Below are positions 27,508 through 36,035 of a DNA stretch of 64,000 nucleotides, in pieces. The notes below the pieces were generated by a model. That model did not search any database, had not been told where the DNA came from, and saw only the letters and a program-made list of their open reading frames with translations. Numbering within the stretch: the first letter of the stretch is position 1; every line of letters begins with the position of its first letter. Location: sequence record PP400777, one strand, 5' to 3'. The translations under genes were made by a program, and so were the position numbers. Source of the DNA: Escherichia phage JM10.

Positions 27508-27538
27508 AATTATACCATATTAATACTTAAGCGTAAAC
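27508..27538 (-). promoter_or_regulatory. early promoter candidate (GTTTAC -35, TATAAT -10)
   Basis: Minus strand GTTTAC-17 nt-GTATAAT, then AGGAAA RBS and the ipII ATG. Confidence 0.5.
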
Positions 27539-27618
27539 CGTTTAAGCTTTACCGCCAGAAATAATTCCGAAGTTGTTAAAATCATATCCAATATCGTCAA
27601 CATCTACTTTAGGACTTG

Positions 27619-27804
27619 CTACAACATAAGCAATTTCACTACGTTTTGCATAGGTGTTTTGATTTCTTTACCATCGCCACCTAAGAAAGAATACCCATTA
27701 CGTTTTAATGAGCCAAAGTCTTCCGCATCACCAATGAAAGCTTTAACTTTAAATTTAGGACCTTTGGCATCTGCTTCAACGATAAATTCTTGATACATTT
27801 TCAT
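27619..27804 (-). pseudogene. internal protein-like ORF with CTS, apparently truncated or frameshifted
   Basis: 61 aa starting MKMYQEFIVEA; an alternative frame continues to 27542, suggesting a frameshift near 27640-27670. Confidence 0.35.
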
Positions 27805-27917
27805 TTTTCCTTAGTAAATTGATTTACCAAAGTATTTGTACCAAGTCGGGCGTTGAGCAATTTTTTATCTAAGCGTGCTTGACTTATCGCAATGGACGCT
27901 TCGGACGGGTCATAATT

Positions 27918-27970
27918 TCCTCCAAGTAGTTGATGAATGTATAGTATCAAAACCCTTGGAGGAAGTAAAC
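27918..27970 (-). promoter_or_regulatory. PeSL-like early promoter with 9-bp inverted repeat flanking -10
   Basis: Minus strand GTTTAC-tTCCTCCAAGggttttg-ATACTAT-…CTTGGAGGAaatt ATG. Confidence 0.45.
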
Positions 27971-27971
27971 A

Positions 27972-28253
27972 CTATTTTTCTGAAGCGCCTGAAATATATT
28001 TTTCAAGACGTTGTTTCATCAGCGAGCCGTTCTTAGCAATTTCTTCCGGTTTATCGCACATACGCAACAAGGCTTCAAGCTTAACGATATCACTGGTGCG
28101 CTCAAATTTGCGAGTATCTATCTTACTAGCAAGTTCAGAAATACGTGCTAATAGACTTTCAGCTTCAACCAAAGCTGCACCTAGCTTAGTTGCAAATGTG
28201 TCAGTAGCTTCGTTAAGAATAGATTCTGATAAAAATTCACTATATGTTTTCAT
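27972..28253 (-). CDS. internal protein-like (CTS-bearing)
   Basis: [10 protein letters not shown]… from the ATG overlapping the e stop (ATGA); the ORF-track start five codons upstream is inside e. Confidence 0.55.
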   Translation of the reverse strand: MKTYSEFLSESILNEATDTFATKLGAALVEAESLLARISELASKIDTRKFERTSDIVKLEALLRMCDKPEEIAKNGSLMKQRLEKYISGASEK

Positions 28254-28738
28254 ATATACGCTTTCCAAGTTCCTGTTTTAAATGTTGAGATTACGCGTTT
28301 CGCGCGATTAGGTGTCTGACGATACCATTTAGATTGGGCTAGATTTACTGCCGCCTCGTCCCAACGTTTCTGTTGAAGCATACGAAGAGAATTAGTAAAA
28401 CCGGCGACGCCTGCTACACCCATTTGGAAGACCATATTGACCAATGCACATCGACGAACCGCATCTAAAGAATCATATACCGGTTTAAGTTTAGCATTAC
28501 CCAAGATTCCGCGAACGGCTTTATCAACGTCTTCATTAAATAGCTTTTCAGCCTCATCAAGGGTAATTGTACCGTTGCATTTACGACCGATAATTCTGTC
28601 AAGTTCAGCTTTAGCTACGGCTAAAGACGGGTTCTTTGTTACTAAATGGCCTATGCCAATCGTCCAAAAGCCTTCAGTGTCTTTATATAAAGTCAGTCTA
28701 AGACCTTCGTCATTACGAAGCATTTCAAATATATTCAT
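28250..28738 (-). CDS. e: lysozyme (endolysin) e
   Basis: 162 aa from MNIFEMLR…; catalytic EGLRL…YKDTEG…TIGIGH region as in T4 lysozyme. Confidence 0.9.
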   Translation of the reverse strand: MNIFEMLRNDEGLRLTLYKDTEGFWTIGIGHLVTKNPSLAVAKAELDRIIGRKCNGTITLDEAEKLFNEDVDKAVRGILGNAKLKPVYDSLDAVRRCALVNMVFQMGVAGVAGFTNSLRMLQQKRWDEAAVNLAQSKWYRQTPNRAKRVISTFKTGTWKAYI

Positions 28739-28770
28739 AATACCTCCCACGTTTATAGGAGGTATTTATT
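28739..28770 (-). promoter_or_regulatory. RBS-sequestering hairpin upstream of e with embedded late-promoter-like elements
   Basis: Minus strand AATAAATA-CCTCC-TATAAACG-TGGGAGG-tatt-ATG; CCTCC pairs with the GGAGG Shine-Dalgarno. Confidence 0.5.
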
Positions 28771-28772
28771 AC

Positions 28773-29231
28773 TTATAGGAGGGTAGTGAGCACCTTATAT
28801 AATGATTTGCCCATTACATATTCCCATTGAGAAGGTTTAATTAAAGCGAATGCATCAAATTCAGGAATCTGTCGTCCGTCTGGGAATGTATGATAGGAAT
28901 TACAAACACTGTTTCTGAATTGCTCGTGCTCTACAGGGATGGTATATTGGAACAGATGAATATTCTTATTGTCTGAGTAATGATGTTCACCTAGGTCTTT
29001 CAGGAAGGCAGGGTCATATTGTGTAAACCCAGTTTCTTCTTCGCATTCACGAATAGCGGCTTCAATAGGAGATTCGCCAGGTTCGACACGGCCTTTAGGA
29101 ATATCCCACCGATGGGCTAATGCACCTTTAGGACGAGAACCAGTTACACGCCCCATGAATAATTCTTTATCTTTGGTAAGGAAAATAATACCGGCTGATA
29201 GTTCTTTCACTTTATTTTTCTTACTCATCAT
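28773..29231 (-). CDS. nudE: Nudix hydrolase NudE
   Basis: 152 aa; Nudix box GRVEPGESPIEAAIRECEEETG. Confidence 0.8.
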   Translation of the reverse strand: MMSKKNKVKELSAGIIFLTKDKELFMGRVTGSRPKGALAHRWDIPKGRVEPGESPIEAAIRECEEETGFTQYDPAFLKDLGEHHYSDNKNIHLFQYTIPVEHEQFRNSVCNSYHTFPDGRQIPEFDAFALIKPSQWEYVMGKSLYKVLTTLL

Positions 29232-29457
29232 CTCGGTCCAATGATTTGGCCATTAATTCGGACATAAATTCTTCAAGGCGCGTTTCTTTAGATGGACTTT
29301 CACTATTAGAGATCGCAAGTTTGTAATCTGCAATAGGACAGAACATATCAAGGTCCATATTAAGGTCGTCTTTGATTTTTTCTTCTGACACATCTTTATC
29401 GTATGTGTACAGATAACTATCACATGATTCTGATTTAATGTAAATTGCTATACTCAT
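29221..29457 (-). CDS. hypothetical acidic protein
   Basis: 78 aa from MSIAIYIK…; its ATG overlaps the stop of the upstream gene. Confidence 0.4.
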   Translation of the reverse strand: MSIAIYIKSESCDSYLYTYDKDVSEEKIKDDLNMDLDMFCPIADYKLAISNSESPSKETRLEEFMSELMAKSLDRDDE

Positions 29458-29945
29458 CTCAAATTCCTGCATTCGGTAATAAAACGTTCAACTTCATTAT
29501 TCTTGGCTTTTATCTTGTCTTTATGTTCTTGTAAACTACTTTTAATAAGATTAATAATGATGCCTACAGTACCTCCACCAATAATACCACCAATAATACT
29601 TACAATAGTAGATGATAATAAGATAGCGATAATATCTAGTACAGCAAAGGCACTTACTTTAGTACTAAAAAACCATACCGACGGTACAAATATAATCCAT
29701 CCTGTTATCCATTGGCACTTATTGAAAAACTTTTCAAGCTCAGCTTGGGTTGTTCGTATTACTTCATCGATAGGTTGATATCCATTAATGTATCTGTTCA
29801 CGATAATACCTGCTGGTTTGTCGATTTTAAATGCTTGACAATGGTGTTTCACTAAGTAGGATGGACATCCTGTCCAATCTACTGAATAGTATGAAATACC
29901 TTCGTCGCCATCGCCCATGTTTGACCAGTGAATTTTCTGTATCAT
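29454..29945 (-). CDS. membrane protein with C-terminal E-x-F-I-x-E-C-R junction motif
   Basis: 163 aa; C-terminal hydrophobic and Gly-rich segment, ends …ERFITECRNLR. Confidence 0.5.
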   Translation of the reverse strand: MIQKIHWSNMGDGDEGISYYSVDWTGCPSYLVKHHCQAFKIDKPAGIIVNRYINGYQPIDEVIRTTQAELEKFFNKCQWITGWIIFVPSVWFFSTKVSAFAVLDIIAILLSSTIVSIIGGIIGGGTVGIIINLIKSSLQEHKDKIKAKNNEVERFITECRNLR

Positions 29946-30631
29946 TACCAGCCTTCCATAGGGAATTCCAGATAAACTTGGGCATTGACACGAATTTCAT
30001 TGGTAATCTTTTTAACTCGGTCTGTACTACGAGATACACGTCCGAACCAACGCCATCCGTTACTAATTGCACGAGAACCAGTGTGCCATGTTTGCCAATC
30101 AAACTGAAGAAGAGTACGATCTGGAGCTTCCCATTTCTCTAGTTCACCTTTTTCAATTTTTTCGAGGACTTCTTTGTGCCACTGACGATAGATAAGTTCG
30201 CCATCAGGAATCTGACTGAACTCTGCAGTTCCTGTTGCAAAATGAGTAGGACACACATCAGCGTTAACAAGACCAAGAATATGTTCAGACAAATAGCGAG
30301 GATTGTCATAGTCAGGTTGTCCTGCAGTAATAAAGTGTTGACCAACTGGAATATCAGGGCGAGGAACATCATCATGGTGATATCCAGGAATAGCAGGGTA
30401 CCAGCCAGGCATCAGCATGTGGACTCGTGAATCAAATACTACATCCGAGTCTTTCCAATCGTCAGGAAGATTTTGGATAAAGCTACGAGTAATTGGGCCG
30501 CCATTATCAAAAGCAAAATTTAAATCGCAGTTAAAGAACATAGGCTCGTTTTTAATCTGGTCGTTTTTAATCGCATGAGCAAAACCACCTACTGCACGAG
30601 CTTGACTATTAAACACTTTAGAACTATTCAT
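29945..30631 (-). CDS. hypothetical protein
   Basis: 228 aa; GAGGAAAA RBS; His/Asp-rich segment GYHHDDVP; no family assigned. Confidence 0.6.
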   Translation of the reverse strand: MNSSKVFNSQARAVGGFAHAIKNDQIKNEPMFFNCDLNFAFDNGGPITRSFIQNLPDDWKDSDVVFDSRVHMLMPGWYPAIPGYHHDDVPRPDIPVGQHFITAGQPDYDNPRYLSEHILGLVNADVCPTHFATGTAEFSQIPDGELIYRQWHKEVLEKIEKGELEKWEAPDRTLLQFDWQTWHTGSRAISNGWRWFGRVSRSTDRVKKITNEIRVNAQVYLEFPMEGW

Positions 30632-30632
30632 A

Positions 30633-30938
30633 TTATTTTCCTCGGCATTCTTTAATGAAATTTTCTAGATTGGTAGATTCAATAGCTTTTTTACGAGCTT
30701 CTGCGTGTTCTTCTTCGGACAATTTACATTTATAATTGACCCAGACATTATGGTCAAAACTAGTCGTGGCATATAATAACAAAGCTCCGACGAATAATAA
30801 AAACGGTGATAAGAATACAAAACCAGGAACACCATCCATACTGTAAGCCTTTTGTAATACTGCAACAGAAAGAGCTACGTAAAAAGGTGTTGCAAATATT
30901 GTAAAAAGACCGATTCGATTGGTTTCGCCTAATTTCAT
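30633..30938 (-). CDS. small membrane protein ending ENFIKECRGK
   Basis: 101 aa with two hydrophobic helices; GAGGAGAA RBS. Confidence 0.55.
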   Translation of the reverse strand: MKLGETNRIGLFTIFATPFYVALSVAVLQKAYSMDGVPGFVFLSPFLLFVGALLLYATTSFDHNVWVNYKCKLSEEEHAEARKKAIESTNLENFIKECRGK

Positions 30939-30957
30939 AATATTCTCCTCATGTTTT

Positions 30958-30996
30958 AATAGGACTACTATAACATAGTCCTATAATTGTGTAAAC
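30958..30996 (-). promoter_or_regulatory. PeSL-like early promoter + stem-loop cassette
   Basis: Minus strand GTTTAC-17-TTATAGT with inverted repeat TAGGACTA/TAGTCCTA. Confidence 0.45.
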
Positions 30997-31008
30997 AGTT
31001 TTGCGAAA

Positions 31009-31965
31009 TTATTTGAAAGGTTTTACAATATTGAAATTTTGTTTGAAACGTTTGACGTAATCATCATGTCCTAAGCTTTGGTACATACTTACTACTTTGC
31101 TGTAGTTTTCCCAGGCATACTCACGGAACCAACCGGAGGTTATGCTTGTACAGACTTTTTCCAATGCCATCATGAAACTGGCTTCAGGGTTAATTTTAAA
31201 GTCATTAGGAATCTGAGAACGTTCTAATGCTAGTACACATGATTCTTCATATACACCGGCCAATTTGACCATTTCTGGTAACGATTCGAACTTCTCGCGT
31301 GAGGTCATTACTTCAGAACCATCTTTCATGTAAAATGTATAAGCCGGACGGTCTGTTAGTGCAATGGCTTCGTGAATAGTATCGTGGTCATATGTATAGA
31401 TGTCATCTTTAAAGAACGCACTTTTAGAAGTGTCAAGAACCGGGTGAGCATAGTTCAAGGTTTCTTTCTGGCGTTTCAGCATAATTTCGGTAAGTTCATC
31501 GTTCAGTGTAACACCTTTACCACGAAGATACTGAATATGGTTCATAGTCTTTAAAAAGAATGGATTATTTTTCTTGAAACGATGAGACATCTTAATTGCA
31601 AGACATATCTCAGGAGTTGCCCAGTAAAACCCGTTCAAACGGTCTTTAGTCAAATTTTTCTTGGCGTATTTTAAAAGGTCATAAGAAGACGTGAAATCTT
31701 CAGGAGTGAGTTCACCGACTAATTCACGGACATTAGTGATTGCCGGAACAATATATGCTTCAAAATGAGTTTCGCGTCCATTATGGAAGCATTTGAAAAC
31801 TTGGACATCAGGGTTATCTTGGTGAACATATACACCCATCATTTGATTTTTGAATGCATTCCAAGAACATTGGTCCGCAATAAAGTCCCAATCACTATTT
31901 TTAATAGCGCTAGAATCAATAAGACCGTGATAGTGAAGTGCACGAGAACCAATAACCAACATCAT
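31009..31965 (-). CDS. hypothetical protein (weak nucleotidyltransferase-like N-terminus)
   Basis: 318 aa; N-terminal IGSRALHYHG…NSDWDF weakly resembles a GS…DxD motif. Confidence 0.55.
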   Translation of the reverse strand: MMLVIGSRALHYHGLIDSSAIKNSDWDFIADQCSWNAFKNQMMGVYVHQDNPDVQVFKCFHNGRETHFEAYIVPAITNVRELVGELTPEDFTSSYDLLKYAKKNLTKDRLNGFYWATPEICLAIKMSHRFKKNNPFFLKTMNHIQYLRGKGVTLNDELTEIMLKRQKETLNYAHPVLDTSKSAFFKDDIYTYDHDTIHEAIALTDRPAYTFYMKDGSEVMTSREKFESLPEMVKLAGVYEESCVLALERSQIPNDFKINPEASFMMALEKVCTSITSGWFREYAWENYSKVVSMYQSLGHDDYVKRFKQNFNIVKPFK

Positions 31966-32033
31966 AATATTTTCCTCGGATTAATTCATTAACTTAAATT
32001 TCACGACATGCGATATCATATTCATCCCAGAGG

Positions 32034-32246
32034 TCATCGTGTGAAGCCTCTACCAATGGAACGATTGTACCCGTTTATGTCTTCATTATAAGGGCAAATT
32101 GTACAGTGCGCATCTTCGAATCGGATGCCTTTATGTTCAGATTTTTTATAACGCATATCGAATATCTTTGCAAACTTTTCACGAGTAATGGTTTTAGCAA
32201 CCACTTTGGTTCCGATACTTTCGTAATAAATCATTGTGGACTCCAT
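32034..32246 (-). CDS. hypothetical small protein
   Basis: 70-aa ORF with CTIC motif. Confidence 0.4.
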   Translation of the reverse strand: MESTMIYYESIGTKVVAKTITREKFAKIFDMRYKKSEHKGIRFEDAHCTICPYNEDINGYNRSIGRGFTR

Positions 32247-32251
32247 TTAAT

Positions 32252-32293
32252 TTGATAGAACTACTATAACATAGCCCTATCTTGTTGTAAACT
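32252..32293 (-). promoter_or_regulatory. PeSL-like early promoter + stem-loop cassette
   Basis: Minus strand GTTTAC-17-TTATAGTAGTTCTATCAA. Confidence 0.45.
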
Positions 32294-32296
32294 GTT

Positions 32297-32494
32297 TTAG
32301 CAAGAATAACTAGATGATACCCAGCCTTGAACAGTAATACTATTATTTGATAACGAGATTGCGTCCTGGAGATTCAGACCTGCGTTATCTTCAATCCATA
32401 ATATAACTTCTTCGCGTTCTTCTGTTGCAATTTGGAACAGGTTTTCCAGAGCAGCTACTGCCGTACGTACAGCGCAATCTAATTCACGAGACAT
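32297..32494 (-). CDS. small protein, W-V-S-S-S-x-x-C C-terminal family (member 3)
   Basis: 65 aa ending QGWVSSSYSC. Confidence 0.45.
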   Translation of the reverse strand: MSRELDCAVRTAVAALENLFQIATEEREEVILWIEDNAGLNLQDAISLSNNSITVQGWVSSSYSC

Positions 32495-32503
32495 ATGATT
32501 TCC

Positions 32504-32776
32504 TTAACAAGTGTGAGAAGACGCGACCCAACCACCAGTTTCGAGGCTAAGGTTGTAGTCGTATTGGTAAACGTCAGCCCATTCAGCATAGCCGTTTTTT
32601 GTACAACGTTCAAGATCGGCTTTAAGATGTCCGGGTGAATGATAGGTTCCACCCATACCATAAGCTGGGTACAAGTCGAATGTTGTGTTTTGTTTATCAG
32701 CAATTTCTTTGGCAGCCTCAATAGCTGCATAGATTTTTGCTACAGCTTCAGCCAGTTCGGTTTGTTCTTTAGACAT
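32504..32776 (-). CDS. small protein, W-V-S-S-S-x-x-C C-terminal family (member 2)
   Basis: 90 aa ending GGWVASSHTC; AAGGAA RBS. Confidence 0.5.
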   Translation of the reverse strand: MSKEQTELAEAVAKIYAAIEAAKEIADKQNTTFDLYPAYGMGGTYHSPGHLKADLERCTKNGYAEWADVYQYDYNLSLETGGWVASSHTC

Positions 32777-32785
32777 AATGATTCC

Positions 32786-33091
32786 TTAGCACAACGCAGA
32801 AGACGAAACCCAAGCACCTTCAGTAATAACGTAACCATTACCTTCACGCTTAACATCGCCACCATTATTTTCAATTTCATTTTTCATCCACTGGGATACG
32901 ATTTCACCCTTAGGATAATAAGTACGACCGCTACCATAATCACCTACAGAAAATGATACGGCATATTGGTCTGCGATCTTTGTTGCTTCTTCTTCGATAC
33001 GTTCAGCTTGATTCAGAAGTTTATAAATTGCATCTGAAGCGGATTTGGCATCATTAAACTCTGGTACTTTAATTTCAATAATCTTACTCAT
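32786..33091 (-). CDS. small protein, W-V-S-S-S-x-x-C C-terminal family (member 1)
   Basis: 101 aa ending GAWVSSSALC; its ATG overlaps the upstream stop. Confidence 0.5.
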   Translation of the reverse strand: MSKIIEIKVPEFNDAKSASDAIYKLLNQAERIEEEATKIADQYAVSFSVGDYGSGRTYYPKGEIVSQWMKNEIENNGGDVKREGNGYVITEGAWVSSSALC

Positions 33092-33447
33092 TTTCTACAT
33101 TCCTTAATAAAGTTTTCGATTGTTTCATTTTCACGTCTAGCTAGGAGTTCATTATAACTAATCATTTGAGAAGCGTAAACCTTTTTATTTTTCTTGTTAT
33201 GGTTTATAAAATCGTAGTAAAAATAGACTACAGTACAAAATGATGCGATGGATGCAAAGGCTTGGGTATACCGTAAGTCCTGCCATTGGTCTGTGAATCC
33301 ACCAGTGTTCCCTATAAATCCTAACACAACGCCGTCAATAAGAAATCCAACTAATCCAAAGGCAAATCCCATGCCAATACTCATAATAAAAATTAGAATG
33401 TTCTCACCAAGAGAAGGCCATACGGTTAAGAGTTGAGGCTTTTGCAT
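33088..33447 (-). CDS. membrane protein ending ENFIKECRK
   Basis: 119 aa with two or three hydrophobic helices. Confidence 0.5.
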   Translation of the reverse strand: MQKPQLLTVWPSLGENILIFIMSIGMGFAFGLVGFLIDGVVLGFIGNTGGFTDQWQDLRYTQAFASIASFCTVVYFYYDFINHNKKNKKVYASQMISYNELLARRENETIENFIKECRK

Positions 33448-33821
33448 CTTATTTCCTTAACGAATTCCATAGCTTCTTCATATTCATACTTTTTAACAGC
33501 TTCATCATACTGAGCTTGGGCTTTTGCGCACTGAACTTTCCATTCTCTTAATCGGGCTCTGTGATGACGACCTTGGTGCCAATATCCTACCCAATTAATA
33601 GGCATTAATAAAAATGGTACAATAAACGACCCGGCTATAATAAGTAAAAACACTGCATCAGACGATATAACTTCACTAGAATCTAAAACAGCTCCTATAA
33701 TCATAAAGATTAAAAATGCTAAAGCTAAAATAGGGCCAAATAGTACTTCATTTGGAATTAATTTACGCTTGTATTCATACGCCAAGGGTTTAATTGGCAT
33801 GTACAGGGTTGGCTTTGACAT
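33426..33821 (-). CDS. membrane protein
   Basis: Start uncertain (ATG at 33821 or 33800); the ORF-track start is TTG inside the upstream gene. Confidence 0.4.
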   Translation of the reverse strand: MSKPTLYMPIKPLAYEYKRKLIPNEVLFGPILALAFLIFMIIGAVLDSSEVISSDAVFLLIIAGSFIVPFLLMPINWVGYWHQGRHHRARLREWKVQCAKAQAQYDEAVKKYEYEEAMEFVKEIRCKSLNS

Positions 33822-34386
33822 ATTCTCTACATTCCATAATAAATTGCTCAAGGATTAAATTGTTAGTGAAATTAGGACTAACAACCATGGTTTCATAAAG
33901 CGCATCAATAGCACTTAAAGCATCAACTCTTTTAAGCAAAGGCTTGCCTTCATACATAGTTTCAGAATCGATGATTAACGTAAAGTAATATTTTTTATTA
34001 TCGACTAGAACTTCTGTATCGATATAAAACATATTAGACCTCAGAAGCTTATCTCTAAAACCATAATAATCTTCAGAGCGTTCGCTGATATATTCCAATT
34101 CAGTGTTTAAACAACAAACAGACCATGTAGGAGCAACGAAATCAGTGAATCTAATATCATGGTCTGCAACTAGTTTAGCAATAGCTCCGATATCATGAAT
34201 CATAATACCTGGGGCTAATAAAGATTTTCGGTGATTTGCATATTCAGTTGTCTCATAAGAAGACGACCAGTACCATTTACGTCCAGTTGCAACATATCGT
34301 AATGAATCAACTAAAGACGTAGGTGGATTTACCTTATCTCGGAACTCTTCGAACATTGAGTCAATATCATTATTTTGGTTTCGCAT
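33790..34386 (-). CDS. hypothetical protein ending …FIMECREYVKANPVHAN
   Basis: 198 aa from the ATG with a strong AAAGGAG RBS. Confidence 0.55.
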   Translation of the reverse strand: MRNQNNDIDSMFEEFRDKVNPPTSLVDSLRYVATGRKWYWSSSYETTEYANHRKSLLAPGIMIHDIGAIAKLVADHDIRFTDFVAPTWSVCCLNTELEYISERSEDYYGFRDKLLRSNMFYIDTEVLVDNKKYYFTLIIDSETMYEGKPLLKRVDALSAIDALYETMVVSPNFTNNLILEQFIMECREYVKANPVHAN

Positions 34387-34435
34387 GTTAACTCCTTTAT
34401 TATCCAAAAGGAGGACCGGAGTCCTCCGTATTATT

Positions 34436-35029
34436 TTATTTCAAAGAGTTAATATATTCTTGTACATCAGCAGAAGTGGTTTCTACACCAGCTGGAGTGC
34501 CATTGAACGTTTCAACACGAGTCAGAGTGTCTTCGATATCAACCTTAGTCAGTGCAGCGATTTCAATTACATCATCAGCCGTAGAGATACCAAGGGCATT
34601 GGCTGCTCGAGTTTCACGAATGTATTCGAGTTTGATTGCCAGGTTCTGACGAGCATCGTCAAGTTCAACCACCTTACGAGCAATTTCAATTCGCATAGCG
34701 GCATACCCATCAGCTTTTGTATTAAGTTGTTCGGCAGTTCTACGATACAGAAGACCAAGCTTAGCATGCATGGTAACATCTTGTCCTTCAGCCAGGAGCT
34801 TACGAATTTCACGTTCCTTAGAAGCGGCTTGCTTGTTCTTTTCATTAACAAGTTCGCGAATACGTTTTTCTTCATTAATAGATTTAACAGAAGCCGTTTT
34901 TAGTTCTTTGATTTGGGTAATCAACTTATCTGCAGCTGCGTTATACTGTTCTTCGACAGTCAGATTTTTAGCCATAGCAGTACCAAGTTTAGTGCGGATG
35001 AATTCGACAAGTTTCTTCAGTGTGTTCAT
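34436..35029 (-). CDS. coiled-coil protein
   Basis: 197 aa from the ATG with AAAGGT RBS; heptad-rich; shares its promoter/5'UTR with the gene at 6715..7047. Confidence 0.55.
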   Translation of the reverse strand: MNTLKKLVEFIRTKLGTAMAKNLTVEEQYNAAADKLITQIKELKTASVKSINEEKRIRELVNEKNKQAASKEREIRKLLAEGQDVTMHAKLGLLYRRTAEQLNTKADGYAAMRIEIARKVVELDDARQNLAIKLEYIRETRAANALGISTADDVIEIAALTKVDIEDTLTRVETFNGTPAGVETTSADVQEYINSLK

Positions 35030-35061
35030 ATTATTACCTTTCAATTGGTGGTTTATTATCC

Positions 35062-35100
35062 AACGAGAGCATTATACTCTGCTCTCAAGAGTTTGTAAAT
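35062..35100 (-). promoter_or_regulatory. early promoter candidate, duplicate of 7076-7114
   Basis: 45 bp with 1 mismatch to 7065-7110: TTTACA-17-TATAAT with inverted repeat GAGAGCA/TGCTCTC. Confidence 0.5.
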
Positions 35101-35327
35101 TATTTTTTAATCAAATTGACATAAAACTTGGCGTCTTCGGGGTGCATGCCTTCGCAGTATTCTTCAACCATGAACTTCTTAACAGCTTCATAAGGACCAC
35201 TCAGATTAAGCTCAGTTGTCCAGAACTTGGAATCTTGGACTGAATCGATACGAACTTCAGGGTGTCGGTTGCGAATAACTTCTTCGGTGTATTCATAATC
35301 AACGACATCAATACTAACTTTAGCCAT
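35100..35327 (-). CDS. hypothetical acidic protein
   Basis: 75-aa ORF. Confidence 0.5.
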   Translation of the reverse strand: MAKVSIDVVDYEYTEEVIRNRHPEVRIDSVQDSKFWTTELNLSGPYEAVKKFMVEEYCEGMHPEDAKFYVNLIKK

Positions 35328-35342
35328 TTTGTGTTCCTCGTA

Positions 35343-35388
35343 TTTTGATAGGACTACTATAACATAAACTTACTTAGATGTAAATTAT
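35343..35388 (-). promoter_or_regulatory. PeSL-like early promoter + stem-loop cassette
   Basis: Minus strand ATTTAC-17-TTATAGTAGTCCTATCAA. Confidence 0.4.
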
Positions 35389-35538
35389 TTCAACGTCACC
35401 TTTAGCTGCTTTATAACCTTCGGCCCAAGATACAACAGAGTTTTTATCTGAGGATTCAAATTCAGGCATTGGACTTTCACCAATATTCACACAGTATGTT
35501 TCTTCATTTTCATCGAACCAAATAATTAAAGTAGTCAT
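35374..35538 (-). CDS. candidate small protein (54 aa)
   Basis: Not in the ORF track (under 60 aa); AGGAG RBS; PeSL-like promoter upstream. Confidence 0.35.
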   Translation of the reverse strand: MTTLIIWFDENEETYCVNIGESPMPEFESSDKNSVVSWAEGYKAAKGDVEIIYI

Positions 35539-35557
35539 TTTGTTTACTCCTCTGTAG

Positions 35558-35600
35558 TTGATAAGTCTATAGTATCACCGTCCTTGGTGCTTGTACATCA
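35558..35600 (-). promoter_or_regulatory. PeSL-like early promoter cassette
   Basis: Minus strand aatgatgTACAAg-…-TACTATAGACTTATCAA. Confidence 0.4.
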
Positions 35601-35606
35601 TTATTT

Positions 35607-35912
35607 TTAATTTTTCCAACTTAACAACTTGTAGTGTCCTTCATTCATACGTGGTTTATCCCAAGAAATACTAATATATGATTCACCGTCAATAGAAGTC
35701 GCCGGGTTTTTCTCTACCGTAAGACCTTCACTTTCCAGCCATTCGATAGTATTTGCGCATAAATCAGAAGAACACCTCATCGGGAACCGGCAAGATTTTT
35801 CACCTTTAGCTGCAGTGTTATACATCTTTTCTAAAATACGCTTTTGCACGTTTTTAAAAATAGTTTCAGCAGATTCTTCAGATTTTTTATTCAGTTCAGT
35901 GTAAAGACTCAT
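35607..35912 (-). CDS. hypothetical protein
   Basis: 101 aa; CRFPMRCSSDLC cysteine cluster. Confidence 0.5.
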   Translation of the reverse strand: MSLYTELNKKSEESAETIFKNVQKRILEKMYNTAAKGEKSCRFPMRCSSDLCANTIEWLESEGLTVEKNPATSIDGESYISISWDKPRMNEGHYKLLSWKN

Positions 35913-35929
35913 AATATTTTCCTCTGTGG

Positions 35930-35969
35930 TTGATAAGTCTATAATATCATGTCCTTAGAAGAAGTAAAC
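35930..35969 (-). promoter_or_regulatory. PeSL-like early promoter cassette
   Basis: Minus strand GTTTAC-17-ATATTATAGACTTATCAA. Confidence 0.4.
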
Positions 35970-36002
35970 AACTTTATGAAATATTTTTATGCCCTAGATA
36001 CC

Positions 36003-36029
36003 AAAAAGCCCCAACCATAAGGAAGGGGC
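36003..36029 (-). terminator. rho-independent terminator
   Basis: Minus strand GCCCCTTCCTTATGGTTGGGGC followed by TTTTT. Confidence 0.55.
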
Positions 36030-36035
36030 ATTCTA

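Noticed and set aside
33426-33851. FVKEIRCKSLNS tail as a fifth copy of the E-x-F-I-x-E-C-R junction cassette
   Set aside because: The nucleotide sequence at this gene end does not match the TTYATTAnnGAATGY core, so the resemblance is superficial.
34436-35029. PspA/IM30-like assignment for the coiled-coil protein
   Set aside because: The similarity is only a heptad-rich composition; no specific conserved motif could be aligned by eye, so it is left as a coiled-coil protein of unknown function.
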